The position numbers and the translations under genes were made by a program. From Candidatus Brocadiia bacterium JP1 (GTDB lineage: Bacteria > Planctomycetota > Brocadiia > Brocadiales > Bathyanammoxibiaceae): a DNA stretch of 32,000 nt. Below the pieces are notes generated by a model. The model saw only the letters and a list, made by a program, of their open reading frames with translations, was not told the origin of the DNA and did no database searches. The stretch is from positions 58,876 to 90,875 of the forward strand of contig JBMFFR010000001.1 of the NCBI GenBank assembly GCA_051388875.1, given 5' to 3'. Numbering within the stretch: position 1 is the stretch's first letter; each line of letters begins with the position of its first letter. Below are positions 16,851 to 25,774 of this stretch, piece after piece.

Positions 16851-17737
16851 TTTTTTTATCCTTTTGATTAAACCCTAGAGATTCTGAAATCCTTAAAAGG
16901 CGAGTAAGACGAAAAAAATTATAACTTCCTCTGTAGAGCTGTCAAGGTCAAGGAGAGAGGAAATTTTTTTGTTAAAAACAATCCGTGAAGTAGTCATCTC
17001 CTTTACTCTCCTTTCCCTTAACATATCCAATGTACATGGCGATAATAATCGGCACCGCGTAACTTGGCAAGGGCAAAATAGCAAGCTCCGGGAAATTCGC
17101 AGAACTCTCCACCAGATGGGAGAGAAGTCCACCTTCACCCTACCTATGCCTGAGGCCAGATTTGTGGTGCTGGAGGCAGCTCCGGCCCGGGCGGAAGTCT
17201 CATTTGAAATTTGAAGTTTTCGCCCAAATCGAATTTACACCGAAAACCGGCACACCAATAACAAGACCACTGGGGGCTGTTGGCTAAGTGCCAAAATGTC
17301 ACCATGAACTTGTTTCATGGTCTCTTAATATATTGGTTTTATTAGATGCTGAAATAAATTAAGTATGACATCCCATATCGGTTTACAGGTTAGGCAACAA
17401 CCCACGCTTTGACGTAACTTCGTTTCGCTCAAGATTGACAGCCAGAGTTAAAGTTGCGTTTTTCAATGCGCTCAATTTATTTAAAGAAACAGGAGTCACC
17501 CAAGTAGCTTACCCTTATAGCAAGTCCACCAAAGTCCGCCAAAGGCGGGTTTGCCGATGGCATTACAGGGCGATACAGATTTGCATATTCAGCACCTTCG
17601 CCATAAACCAGCGACTAACTTAGTGTGGGTTTTTAACCCCCACGCCCCCTTTGCTAATGGAGGGAATTCTTTATAAATGTTTATCTTTAAATAACTTTAA
17701 CACATCCTGGCTTTTAAAGTTCCTAATGGAAATTGTG

Positions 17738-17766
17738 TTGACAATTCACGGTATAGTGGGTAAAAT
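17738..17766 (+). promoter_or_regulatory. Near-consensus sigma70-type promoter for the acpS-led operon
   Basis: The sequence reads TTGACA (17738..17743), a 17-nt spacer, then TAAAAT (17761..17766). It ends 30 nt upstream of the acpS GTG, with gaagga/gagggg purine-rich sequence in between. Confidence 0.6.
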
Positions 17767-17795
17767 TTTTCACTTATTGGGAAGGATTGTGAGGG

Positions 17796-18179
17796 GTGTA
17801 TATAGGAATTGACTTGGTGGAGGTGAAGAGGATAGAAGTCCTTTTCAGTCGGAATGAATCTTTTTTGAGGAGGATTTACACCCCGAGGGAAGTAGAGTAT
17901 TGTCAGGAGAAGAAGAATAAGTTTCAGCACCTGGCGGCCAGGTTTGCCACAAAAGAGGCGGTTATTAAGGCATTAGGAGGGGGTGCAAACTGGAAGGATA
18001 TAGAACTCCTTAATGACCCCACGGGTCGTCCATATCTCCAACTCTATGGGAGGGCAAAAAAGCGGGCGGATTCAAAGGGAATTGAGAAATACGAGGTCTC
18101 TGTTACCCACACCCAGGATTATGCTATTGCCCAGGTGCTACTAATGCCAAAATTAGTTGATAAGGGTCTATCCTCTTGA
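17796..18179 (+). CDS. acpS: Holo-[acyl-carrier-protein] synthase (4'-phosphopantetheinyl transferase)
   Basis: The 127-aa ORF contains IGIDLVEVKRIE, LAARFATKEAVIKALG and VSVTHTQDYAIAQVLL, the typical AcpS blocks. The start codon is GTG. Confidence 0.85.
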   Translation: MYIGIDLVEVKRIEVLFSRNESFLRRIYTPREVEYCQEKKNKFQHLAARFATKEAVIKALGGGANWKDIELLNDPTGRPYLQLYGRAKKRADSKGIEKYEVSVTHTQDYAIAQVLLMPKLVDKGLSS

Positions 18180-18284
18180 TTAGGAGTTTTGTCAAAGGCT
18201 TAACTTAAACGCAGTTAGAAAGGTGACAACTTAGATACTATTTTTAAGATATTTTAGGAATTCCTTATTCTTAAGAGAGAGAAG

Positions 18285-19760
18285 ATGAAAAAAAGAAAGC
18301 TCGTTCTCATAAACCCTCACCCAATAGGAAACATTGGAGAAGAAAACGTTTCAGTGCTTAACCAGATGCCGGTAAACCTAGGTTATCTCATAACCCTTAC
18401 CCCGGAGCACTGGGAGGTGGATGTTGTAGATGAGACTACCGAGCTTGCACTGGATGAGAACAATCAATTGATTTTCAAGGAGGCAGACCTTGTTGGTATA
18501 ACCTCCGTAAGCTACCAGGCACCAAGGGCATACGCTATTGCCCGCGCATGCAGGGAGAAAGGTATACCTGTGGTAATGGGGGGAGTACACGCTACCATAT
18601 ATCCCAATGAGGTTGCGCAGCATGTGGATTGCGTGGTAACAAAGGAGGCTATATCCGTATGGAGTAGACTTATATCTGACTTTGAAAAGGGAAAGCTTCA
18701 AAAACGTTACGACGGTGGACTAACACCCCTGGAAAATCTTAACGGATTATACCCTGCCAGAGACCTTCTTAAGAAAAAATACAAGTATCGCTACTCCGGT
18801 ATAATTACTACGGCAGGGTGCCCTTTCAGTTGCGAGTTCTGTTCGGTACCGCAGTTCCAGGGCCAAAAGTACAGGGAAAGGCCTATAGGAGATGTCCTGG
18901 ATGAGTTCGGGGCTATAAAGGGACAGTACAGGGGCCTGGTGCTTACGGATGAAAATTTCTACGGCCATAGCAAGAAGTCTAACGAGCGGGTCAGAGACCT
19001 ATTTAAGGGGATGGTAGACAGGAAGATATATCAAAACTGGTTTGGCTTTACCTCCCTCAATATTTACAAAGACAGCGAGACCCTTGACTACATGGTCAAG
19101 AGCGGTTGTGTGGGGGTGCTCATAGGTATAGAATCCTTGAATAAAGACACCCTCTATTCTATGAACAAGAATGTAAACTTGAGGATTACCATTGATAGAT
19201 ATTATGAGGCAGTGGAAAGCATCCGTAAACATGGCATAGCTGTCTGGGGCACACTCATATTTGGCAACGATGAGGATACCCCTGAGACCTTTGATGACGT
19301 AGCAGATTTTATACTGGGCTCTCAGATAGATATTACGACCTGTGGTATACTCTGCCCCTTCATCAATACACCCCTTTATAAGCGGCTAGAACAGGAAAAT
19401 AGGCTCTTCCGTACCAGCTTCCCTGAAGATTGGGTTTATTACACTTCCCACCACCTTGTTTATGTCCTTAAGAAACTATCCCTTCAGGAACTAATTGATG
19501 GGCTTGAGAGGTTTTACCAAAGGCTCTACTCTACGGAGGCAATAAGGAAGAGGTTCCAGAATTCCAGGGATGTGCTGAAGAACGACAATTCTTCCCTATT
19601 TGCTTTGAAGGTCAACTGGGACTGGCGAAATGTCTTCAAACACCTGCTAGAGAACCTCAAGAATCTGCAGGCCTCGGGGATCTATGATGTGGCCCTGGAA
19701 CGCGTAGGTAAAAAAGAAAAGTATGAAGAACCTACCCGACTAATAACGACAAAGATATAA
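18285..19760 (+). CDS. B12-binding-domain radical SAM enzyme (class B type)
   Basis: The N-terminal Rossmann-like region is B12-binding-like (LVLINPH...DLVGITSVSYQAPRAYAIARACREKGIPVVMGGVHAT). It is followed by the CxxxCxxC cluster motif in TTAGCPFSCEFCSV. Confidence 0.8.
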   Translation: MKKRKLVLINPHPIGNIGEENVSVLNQMPVNLGYLITLTPEHWEVDVVDETTELALDENNQLIFKEADLVGITSVSYQAPRAYAIARACREKGIPVVMGGVHATIYPNEVAQHVDCVVTKEAISVWSRLISDFEKGKLQKRYDGGLTPLENLNGLYPARDLLKKKYKYRYSGIITTAGCPFSCEFCSVPQFQGQKYRERPIGDVLDEFGAIKGQYRGLVLTDENFYGHSKKSNERVRDLFKGMVDRKIYQNWFGFTSLNIYKDSETLDYMVKSGCVGVLIGIESLNKDTLYSMNKNVNLRITIDRYYEAVESIRKHGIAVWGTLIFGNDEDTPETFDDVADFILGSQIDITTCGILCPFINTPLYKRLEQENRLFRTSFPEDWVYYTSHHLVYVLKKLSLQELIDGLERFYQRLYSTEAIRKRFQNSRDVLKNDNSSLFALKVNWDWRNVFKHLLENLKNLQASGIYDVALERVGKKEKYEEPTRLITTKI

Positions 19761-19770
19761 AGGGATTGCT

Positions 19771-21003
19771 ATGCGTAGAGTAGTGGTGACAGGGATAGGT
19801 CTGGTGACTGCCCTAGGGGCTAATGTAAGGGAATCCTGGAAGACAATGCTGGCAGGTAAAAATGGCATCTCGGAGATAACCACCTTTGACACTTCAAGAT
19901 ACAAGGTACACAAGGCCTGTGAGGTGAGGAAGTTAAATTCTAATGGGCACATTATCACAAAAAAGTCTTACACTGTGTACGAGTGTCTGCTGGCAGCGGC
20001 AAGGGAGGCCTTTGAAGATAGCGGCCTGGATGACTATAAGCCCTTAAATAGGGAACGAGCAGGCGTATCCGTGGGTACGCTGGCTGGGGAGTTGTCCCTC
20101 TTTGAAGAGCGTATCAGAAATCACCATAATCAAAAGGCAGATGGATTTGACCTGGAGGTTGCCCATAGCTATCCACCCGTAACGCTTTCCACAAAACTGG
20201 CAGAGGAGTTCCACCTGGAAGGCCCCAGCGTTATCCTTATAAACGCCTGCTCCTCTGGCAATCATGCCATTTGTTGGGCCTTTGATGCTATACAAGAAGG
20301 CAGGGTGGATGCAGTGGTAGTGGGGGGTAGCGATGTAGTACCTCAAACAGAGTTTACACATTTCCATAACCTGAAGGCTTTGGCCCCTGAGAGGTGCCAG
20401 CCTTTTGATAAGAATCGTCAGGGACTGGTGATAGGGGCAGGTGCAGGGGTGTTAATACTGGAAGACCTGGAACTTGCCCATAAAAGGGATAGTAAGATAT
20501 ATGCAGAGGTGAAAGGCTACGGCCTTAGTAGCGATGGTTATCATATGACGGCCCCCCATCCCACCGGGGAGGGGGCAGTCAGGGCCATGGAATTGGCCCT
20601 CGCCTCAGCTCAGGTATCCCCCGGGGATATTAACTACATAAGCGCTCATGGTACAGGCACACCCCTTAATGACAAGATGGAAACCATGGCACTGAAGACC
20701 ATCTTTAGGGAAAGGGCCCATACCATACCTTGTAGCTCCGTAAAGTCTATGATAGGCCATACAATGGGGGCAGCCAGTGCTATTGAATCCATAGTATGCT
20801 GTCTAGTCTTGAATGAAGGAATTGCTCCCCCCACCATTAATTACGAGACCCAAGACCCGGAGTGCAACATTGATTGCGTGCCGAACGAAGCCAGAGAATG
20901 TAAGGCGGACTACGCCTTAAATAATTCCTTCGCCTTCGGGGGCAACAATGTTGGCATTATTTTTGGCAAAGACCACTCAGCTAGTAGGAAAAAGGTTTTC
21001 TAA
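19771..21003 (+). CDS. Beta-ketoacyl-ACP synthase II-like ketosynthase (catalytically complete)
   Basis: The ORF contains VVVTGIGLVTALG, the active-site Cys in NACSSGNHAI, the His residues in YHMTAPHP and SAHGTGTPLND, then KSMIGHTMGAAS and NSFAFGGNN. Confidence 0.85.
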   Translation: MRRVVVTGIGLVTALGANVRESWKTMLAGKNGISEITTFDTSRYKVHKACEVRKLNSNGHIITKKSYTVYECLLAAAREAFEDSGLDDYKPLNRERAGVSVGTLAGELSLFEERIRNHHNQKADGFDLEVAHSYPPVTLSTKLAEEFHLEGPSVILINACSSGNHAICWAFDAIQEGRVDAVVVGGSDVVPQTEFTHFHNLKALAPERCQPFDKNRQGLVIGAGAGVLILEDLELAHKRDSKIYAEVKGYGLSSDGYHMTAPHPTGEGAVRAMELALASAQVSPGDINYISAHGTGTPLNDKMETMALKTIFRERAHTIPCSSVKSMIGHTMGAASAIESIVCCLVLNEGIAPPTINYETQDPECNIDCVPNEARECKADYALNNSFAFGGNNVGIIFGKDHSASRKKVF

Positions 21004-21005
21004 AA

Positions 21006-22277
21006 ATGTCTTACCCCAGTCAGGGATGCCCCACTAATAACAAAAAGAGGGTAGCAATAACAGGTATTGGTGTTGTCTCACCGCTGGGTTCAGGCCATAG
21101 AGAATTCTGGTCAAACCTTATCCAGGGCCGTTCCGGAATAGCACCTATAACCTCTTTTGACGTCTCTCCTTACCCTTGCAAGTTAGCCGCAGAGGTCAGG
21201 GACTTTAATGCAGCTGATTACTTGGGCGACAAAGGCCTTAAATATCTCACTAAGGGTACAAAGTTACTGGCCTCCGCTATAAAGTTGGCCATGGAAGACG
21301 CCCAACTTAATGAAAACCTCCCTGAATATTCAGGAATTATAATAGGCTCCGCACTGGGCAATTACTCTCAGACCACTGATTATACTTATGACATCTTCAA
21401 CATCGGACCCGAAAAGCTACTTCCCATGGCCAGTTTCGATGTGGCCCTCAACTCCTCCATCAATTTTGCCTCTGTCTTCTTCAAACTAAAAGGCCCTTCC
21501 AGAACCATTTCCTCTGGCTTCACGTCCAGCTTAGATGCCATAGGTAATGCCTTTAACTTTATAAGAAATAATAGGGAGACATTGTTAATAACGGGTGGGG
21601 TGGAACAGATATCACTGGATAGCTATCTTATATTCTTTTTGCAAGGACTTCTCTCTGGCTCCAACAACTCTGGGGCTGAACTCTGCCGGCCCTTTGATAG
21701 GTGTAGGAATGGTTTTATACTCGGTGAGGGCAGCTATGTGTTTATACTGGAAGAACTTGAGTCCGCCCTAAAACGTGGGGCAAAAATATATGCCGAGATA
21801 ATAGGCTCTGGCACTACTTTTATGGGCAGTAGCAGATTTGATGCCGGGGAAAAGGTTAAGAAGATTCAGAAGGCCATGGAGCTTGCATTGGAGGATGCAG
21901 CCATTTCAAAAGAATCTTTAGGCCTTATCTTTGCTAACGGGAATTCCAGCAAACAAATGGACATACTAGAGGCTAAGGCGATAAAGGGCTTTATGGCAGA
22001 TACCTCAGAAAAGATTTTGGTAACCTCGGCAAAACCGCTTCTAGGGGAGTGCTACGGGGCCTCCGGTGCTATGCAGGCGGTTTGCTGTGTTTTATCCATG
22101 AGCAATTCCCTTGTCCCTCCCATCGTAAACCTGGAAGAACCTGACTCTGAATGTAGTCTTAACTTCGTTGTAAAGAAAGCACTACCAAGAGACATTCAGT
22201 TTGCTATGGTAAACTCTATAGACCCCGAAGGTAATTGCTCCTGTTTGGTACTTGAAAAGGTTAACGATAAAAGGTAA
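21006..22277 (+). CDS. Ketosynthase-fold partner lacking the catalytic Cys/His residues (chain-length-factor-like KS-beta)
   Basis: The fold blocks are present (VAITGIGVVSPLG, PFDRCRNGFILGEGSYVFILEE). The position of the active-site Cys reads SSGFTSSLDAIG with no Cys. The HxTAP position reads TTFMGSS, and the AHGTGT position reads ANGNSSKQMD. The ORF starts 2 nt after the upstream stop. Confidence 0.75.
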   Translation: MSYPSQGCPTNNKKRVAITGIGVVSPLGSGHREFWSNLIQGRSGIAPITSFDVSPYPCKLAAEVRDFNAADYLGDKGLKYLTKGTKLLASAIKLAMEDAQLNENLPEYSGIIIGSALGNYSQTTDYTYDIFNIGPEKLLPMASFDVALNSSINFASVFFKLKGPSRTISSGFTSSLDAIGNAFNFIRNNRETLLITGGVEQISLDSYLIFFLQGLLSGSNNSGAELCRPFDRCRNGFILGEGSYVFILEELESALKRGAKIYAEIIGSGTTFMGSSRFDAGEKVKKIQKAMELALEDAAISKESLGLIFANGNSSKQMDILEAKAIKGFMADTSEKILVTSAKPLLGECYGASGAMQAVCCVLSMSNSLVPPIVNLEEPDSECSLNFVVKKALPRDIQFAMVNSIDPEGNCSCLVLEKVNDKR

Positions 22278-22419
22278 TTTGTCGTTACTCCGGGGTTGCC
22301 TGAAGTGAGTCCTTCTATTTGCCACTATTAAGCTTAAATTCTTAATTATTTTTAAAGATGGGCATAAATCGTAGTGCCTATCAAAATGGGTTTGATAAAC
22401 CAAACACCTGCAAGTAAAG

Positions 22420-24426
22420 ATGGTGAGCCTTTTTGACCCTATAAATATCGGCCCGATGAGGCTTGACAACCGTCTGGTTATGACGGCTATGGATGTGGGC
22501 TTCTCCACGGACGGATTTGCTAACGACCGCTTCATAGACTTTTATGCTGAGAGGGCAAAATGGGGTGTAGGCCTGATAATAATCGGGGGTTGCTATCCGC
22601 ATGAAAGCGGTAAGGCGTGGAAAAGCATACTTGCGCTTGATGACGACCGCTACATCCCAAGCTTAAGAAAATTTACAGAAACTATGCATAAACTAGGGGC
22701 CAAGACTGCTCCGCAACTTTTGCACGGTGGGCGCTATGCCTCCAGCCTCTTTACAAAGAGCCAACCTGTTTCAGCCTCTAGCGTCCCTTCCCGCCTGGCC
22801 AGAGACGTTCCGAGACCCCTTACCGTCTCCGAGATAAAGGAGATGGTATCCCACTACGCTAGGGCCGCCTTGAGGGCCAAAGAGGCAGGCTTTGATGCAG
22901 TAGAAATACATGGTGGCATGGGCTACCTGATAAACCAGTTTCTATCCCCTATCACTAACCATAGAGAGGATGAATATGGTGGGGACCTGCAGGGCAGGCT
23001 AAGGTTTGCCCGAGAGGTACTTCAAGCCACAAAGGAACTAGTCGGGAAGGATTTCCCAATTATCTTCAGACTTTCAGGGGATGAGCTCATGCAAGGGGGA
23101 AACAAGATCAATGAGAACATCTTGATTGCCGGAGAGCTGGCAAGCTCAGGGGTGGACGCCTTCCACATCTCACCGGGTTGGCACGAGAGCAAGACCCCCA
23201 TAATGGTTATGGCTATCCCAAGGATGGCCTACACATTCCTGGCGGCCTCTATCAAAGAAAAGGTTAACTTGCCTGTTATAGCGGCTGTCAGAATAAACGA
23301 CCTCTACGATGCAGAAGAACTCCTCAGAGATGGGCAAGCAGACCTCGTAGCTTTGGGGCGTCCACTTATTGCAGACCCGGAGTTGCCCAAAAAATATAGA
23401 GAGGGCAGACGGGAGGACATTAGAACCTGTATTGCCTGCAATCAGGGATGCTTTGACGAACTACTTAACATGAGGCCTGTATCGTGTTTATATAATGCAC
23501 AGGTAGGATACGAAAAGGAATACGTCATCAGGGAAGCCTCTGCGAAGAAGAAGGTCATGGTGATAGGAGGCGGCCCGGGGGGGATGGAGGCCGCAAGGGT
23601 TGCCGCCCTGAGGGGACACGAGGTAACCCTTTACGAAAAGGAACACCAACTGGGGGGACAGCTCCACTACGCCTGGAAACCCCCAGGTAGAGAAGAGTTT
23701 CAGCATGTTATAGGTTACCTTGAGAGACAGCTAGCCAAATTAAGGGTAAAAGTAGCCCTGGGGGTAAAGGTAGATTTGGGGCTAATAGAAAAGGAACGCC
23801 CAGAGGTTATTATCCTTTCAACAGGTTCCACTCCTATAATTCCTCCCATTCCAGGAATAAAAGGCAAAAACGTAGTATTAGCTAGAGATGTTTTGGAGAA
23901 GAAGCTGTCCATAGGTAATCCCGTAGCCGTTATAGGAGGAGGGTCTGTGGGATGCGAGGTTGCCCTTTACGTAACCAAACTAGGCAGCATGAACCCAGAG
24001 GTGGCATTGTTCCTGTTGAGGAATCAGATTATTGATCTTCCCAATGCCCTGTTGAGGAGCCACCATGGACACCGCAAGGTCACGGTGCTTGAGATGAAGA
24101 GGAAGGTAGGAAGTGGCTTCGGTCTTTCCACTCGTTGGGTCATACTCAAGGAGATGGAGGAGGCAGGTATAGAGGAACTCACTGGTGTTAAGGTAAACAG
24201 GATACAGGAAGGGCCTCCCAGTGGCGTCTTCTACGAGAAAGAGGGGAAGGAGACATTTCTTCCTGCCGAGACCGTAATACTGGCAACGGGCTATGTCCCC
24301 AATAATTCCCTTTATCAGCAACTTGATGGTCTGGTGCCAGAGGTTTATAGTATAGGAGATTGTGTGAAGGTAAGAACAGCAATGGAGGCTATTCACGAAG
24401 GCTTTAGGGTTTCGCTGAATATATAG
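22420..24426 (+). CDS. 2,4-dienoyl-CoA reductase (FadH)-like / Old-Yellow-Enzyme-family enoate reductase with Fe-S and FAD/NAD(P) domains
   Basis: The 668-aa ORF begins with an OYE TIM-barrel region (LFDPINIGPMRLDNRLVMTAM, HGGMGYLINQFLSP...REDEYGG). The Cys motif reads CIACNQGCFDELLNMRPVSC. Two dinucleotide-binding motifs follow, VIGGGPGGMEAA and VIGGGSVGCEVA. Confidence 0.8.
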   Translation: MVSLFDPINIGPMRLDNRLVMTAMDVGFSTDGFANDRFIDFYAERAKWGVGLIIIGGCYPHESGKAWKSILALDDDRYIPSLRKFTETMHKLGAKTAPQLLHGGRYASSLFTKSQPVSASSVPSRLARDVPRPLTVSEIKEMVSHYARAALRAKEAGFDAVEIHGGMGYLINQFLSPITNHREDEYGGDLQGRLRFAREVLQATKELVGKDFPIIFRLSGDELMQGGNKINENILIAGELASSGVDAFHISPGWHESKTPIMVMAIPRMAYTFLAASIKEKVNLPVIAAVRINDLYDAEELLRDGQADLVALGRPLIADPELPKKYREGRREDIRTCIACNQGCFDELLNMRPVSCLYNAQVGYEKEYVIREASAKKKVMVIGGGPGGMEAARVAALRGHEVTLYEKEHQLGGQLHYAWKPPGREEFQHVIGYLERQLAKLRVKVALGVKVDLGLIEKERPEVIILSTGSTPIIPPIPGIKGKNVVLARDVLEKKLSIGNPVAVIGGGSVGCEVALYVTKLGSMNPEVALFLLRNQIIDLPNALLRSHHGHRKVTVLEMKRKVGSGFGLSTRWVILKEMEEAGIEELTGVKVNRIQEGPPSGVFYEKEGKETFLPAETVILATGYVPNNSLYQQLDGLVPEVYSIGDCVKVRTAMEAIHEGFRVSLNI

Positions 24427-24440
24427 AAACGGAGAATCTT

Positions 24441-25184
24441 ATGTCATTAAAAGGTAAAGTGGCAATTGTTACTGGAGGGACGCGGGGTATAGGAAGGGCC
24501 ATAGCACTGGAACTCGCCCGAAGTGGCATAGATGTAGCCTTCAGCTTCCTTAAGAGTGCAGATAAGGCTAAAGAACTGGAAGGGGAACTAAGTAAGCTGG
24601 GTGTAAAGGCACTATCCATACAAAGCAACGTAGCAGACTTCAATCAGTCAAAGGAGATGGTCAACGCAGCCTTAAAGCACTTCGGAAAGATAGATATACT
24701 CGTAAACAATGCAGGCGTTACGCATGATAATCTAATGATGAGGATGAGCGAGCAGCAGTGGAAAGAGGTAATAGATACCAACCTGAATGGTGCTTTTAAT
24801 TGCACAAGGGCTGCCGTATTTCCCATGATGAAGCAGAAGGGTGGGGCCGTCATAAATCTAACCTCGGTAAGTGGAATCATAGGGATGATGGGCCAAGCCA
24901 ATTACGCAGCATCTAAGGCAGGCCTTATCGGGTTTACCAAGTCACTTGCTAAGGAACTGGCAAGGTTTAATATAACGGTTAATGCTGTGGCGCCTGGGTT
25001 TATAGATACGGAGATGACACAGGTACTGGATAAGAAGTATATGGAGGAGGCCCTTAAGCTAATCCCTTTAGGGCGTGTAGGTAAAGCAGAAGAAGTAGCC
25101 AAGGCCGTTCTGTTTCTGGTCTCGCCAGAGGCTAGTTACATAACCGGCCATGTGCTGAATGTGGATGGTGGTTTAGCTATGTAA
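24441..25184 (+). CDS. fabG: 3-oxoacyl-ACP reductase (SDR family)
   Basis: The ORF contains TGGTRGIGRAIA, NNAG, the YAASKAG catalytic motif, and NAVAPGFIDTEMT. A ggaga element sits 6 nt before the ATG. Confidence 0.85.
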   Translation: MSLKGKVAIVTGGTRGIGRAIALELARSGIDVAFSFLKSADKAKELEGELSKLGVKALSIQSNVADFNQSKEMVNAALKHFGKIDILVNNAGVTHDNLMMRMSEQQWKEVIDTNLNGAFNCTRAAVFPMMKQKGGAVINLTSVSGIIGMMGQANYAASKAGLIGFTKSLAKELARFNITVNAVAPGFIDTEMTQVLDKKYMEEALKLIPLGRVGKAEEVAKAVLFLVSPEASYITGHVLNVDGGLAM

Positions 25185-25248
25185 AACGTTAAATTTTTAA
25201 TCAAAAATTGCAAATTTTGAACAAAAAACTGAAAATTAGGATAAAAAA

Positions 25249-25602
25249 ATGCTCTTTCTTGTAAAAGTTGAGATAGAAAAACTTCCGCAAATACCTACCA
25301 GAAGTTTTTTTGAGTTGCTAATAAAGGAATGGGAGTACTACGAGAGGATGAAGAAGAGGGGTAAGGTCTTGGCCGGTGGGAAGTTAGCGGGCAGGCGGGG
25401 TGCTGCCGCTATCTTCAATGCAGATTCCAGTGAGGAGATAGAGGCGATTGTAACTAAACTCCCCCTCTTTCCCTTCTTTACCAAGATAGAGATAACCCCA
25501 TTGGTACCCCAGGAACAGGCCCTTCAGGATGCAAGGAGGATGTACCAGCTGGTGAAAGACACAGACCTTATGCTCTTCCCAACAGGTGCTGAACGTGGTT
25601 AG
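25249..25602 (+). CDS. Muconolactone delta-isomerase-like small protein (ferredoxin-like fold family)
   Basis: The 117-aa ORF reads MLFLVKVEIEKLP...RGKVLAGGKLAGRRGAAAIFNADSSEEIEAIVTKLPLFPFFTKIEITPL. This parallels the MLFxVKM...LPLFPYM pattern I recall for muconolactone isomerase. Confidence 0.55.
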   Translation: MLFLVKVEIEKLPQIPTRSFFELLIKEWEYYERMKKRGKVLAGGKLAGRRGAAAIFNADSSEEIEAIVTKLPLFPFFTKIEITPLVPQEQALQDARRMYQLVKDTDLMLFPTGAERG

Positions 25603-25774
25603 GAAAGTATGTACCGAGGGGGTCGCCACTTTTGCAAAGGTGGTTGACCATGCAGGGCAAGCTCTGCTTCTTTATAACCTGTTCACAACACATAGGTTAA
25701 GATTATGCTAGATAGAAATCATTAAAAGCTGTTGCTTTGTTCTCTCCGGATAGCTTGAACAGTTTGAAACTAAC

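Noticed and set aside
17100-17160. Partial resemblance to RNase P RNA conserved strings (gggagagaagtcc on the plus strand versus GAGGAAAGUCC; ggtagggtgaaggtgg on the minus strand versus GGUAAGGGUGAAAGGGUG)
   Set aside because: The two resemblances lie on opposite strands of the same few dozen bases. The other universally conserved RNase P blocks are missing, so I judged this to be chance similarity.
16893-17214. Overlapping 81-aa ORFs on both strands (16893..17138 minus, 16969..17214 plus)
   Set aside because: They mutually overlap, and both have Arg/Ser/Cys/Leu-rich compositions with no start context or motif. I treated them as part of the unresolved ORF-poor region rather than as genes.
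23980-24396. 138-aa minus-strand ORF, along with other antisense ORFs inside 22420..25184
   Set aside because: They are antisense to the FadH-like and FabG genes and have no motifs. They are explained by the codon bias of the sense genes.
25626-25643. Hairpin ccacttttgcaaaggtgg after the MIase-like gene as an operon terminator
   Set aside because: The stem is imperfect with a G-U pair, and no U-tract follows it (the next bases are ttgaccatgc). That is not enough to call an intrinsic terminator.
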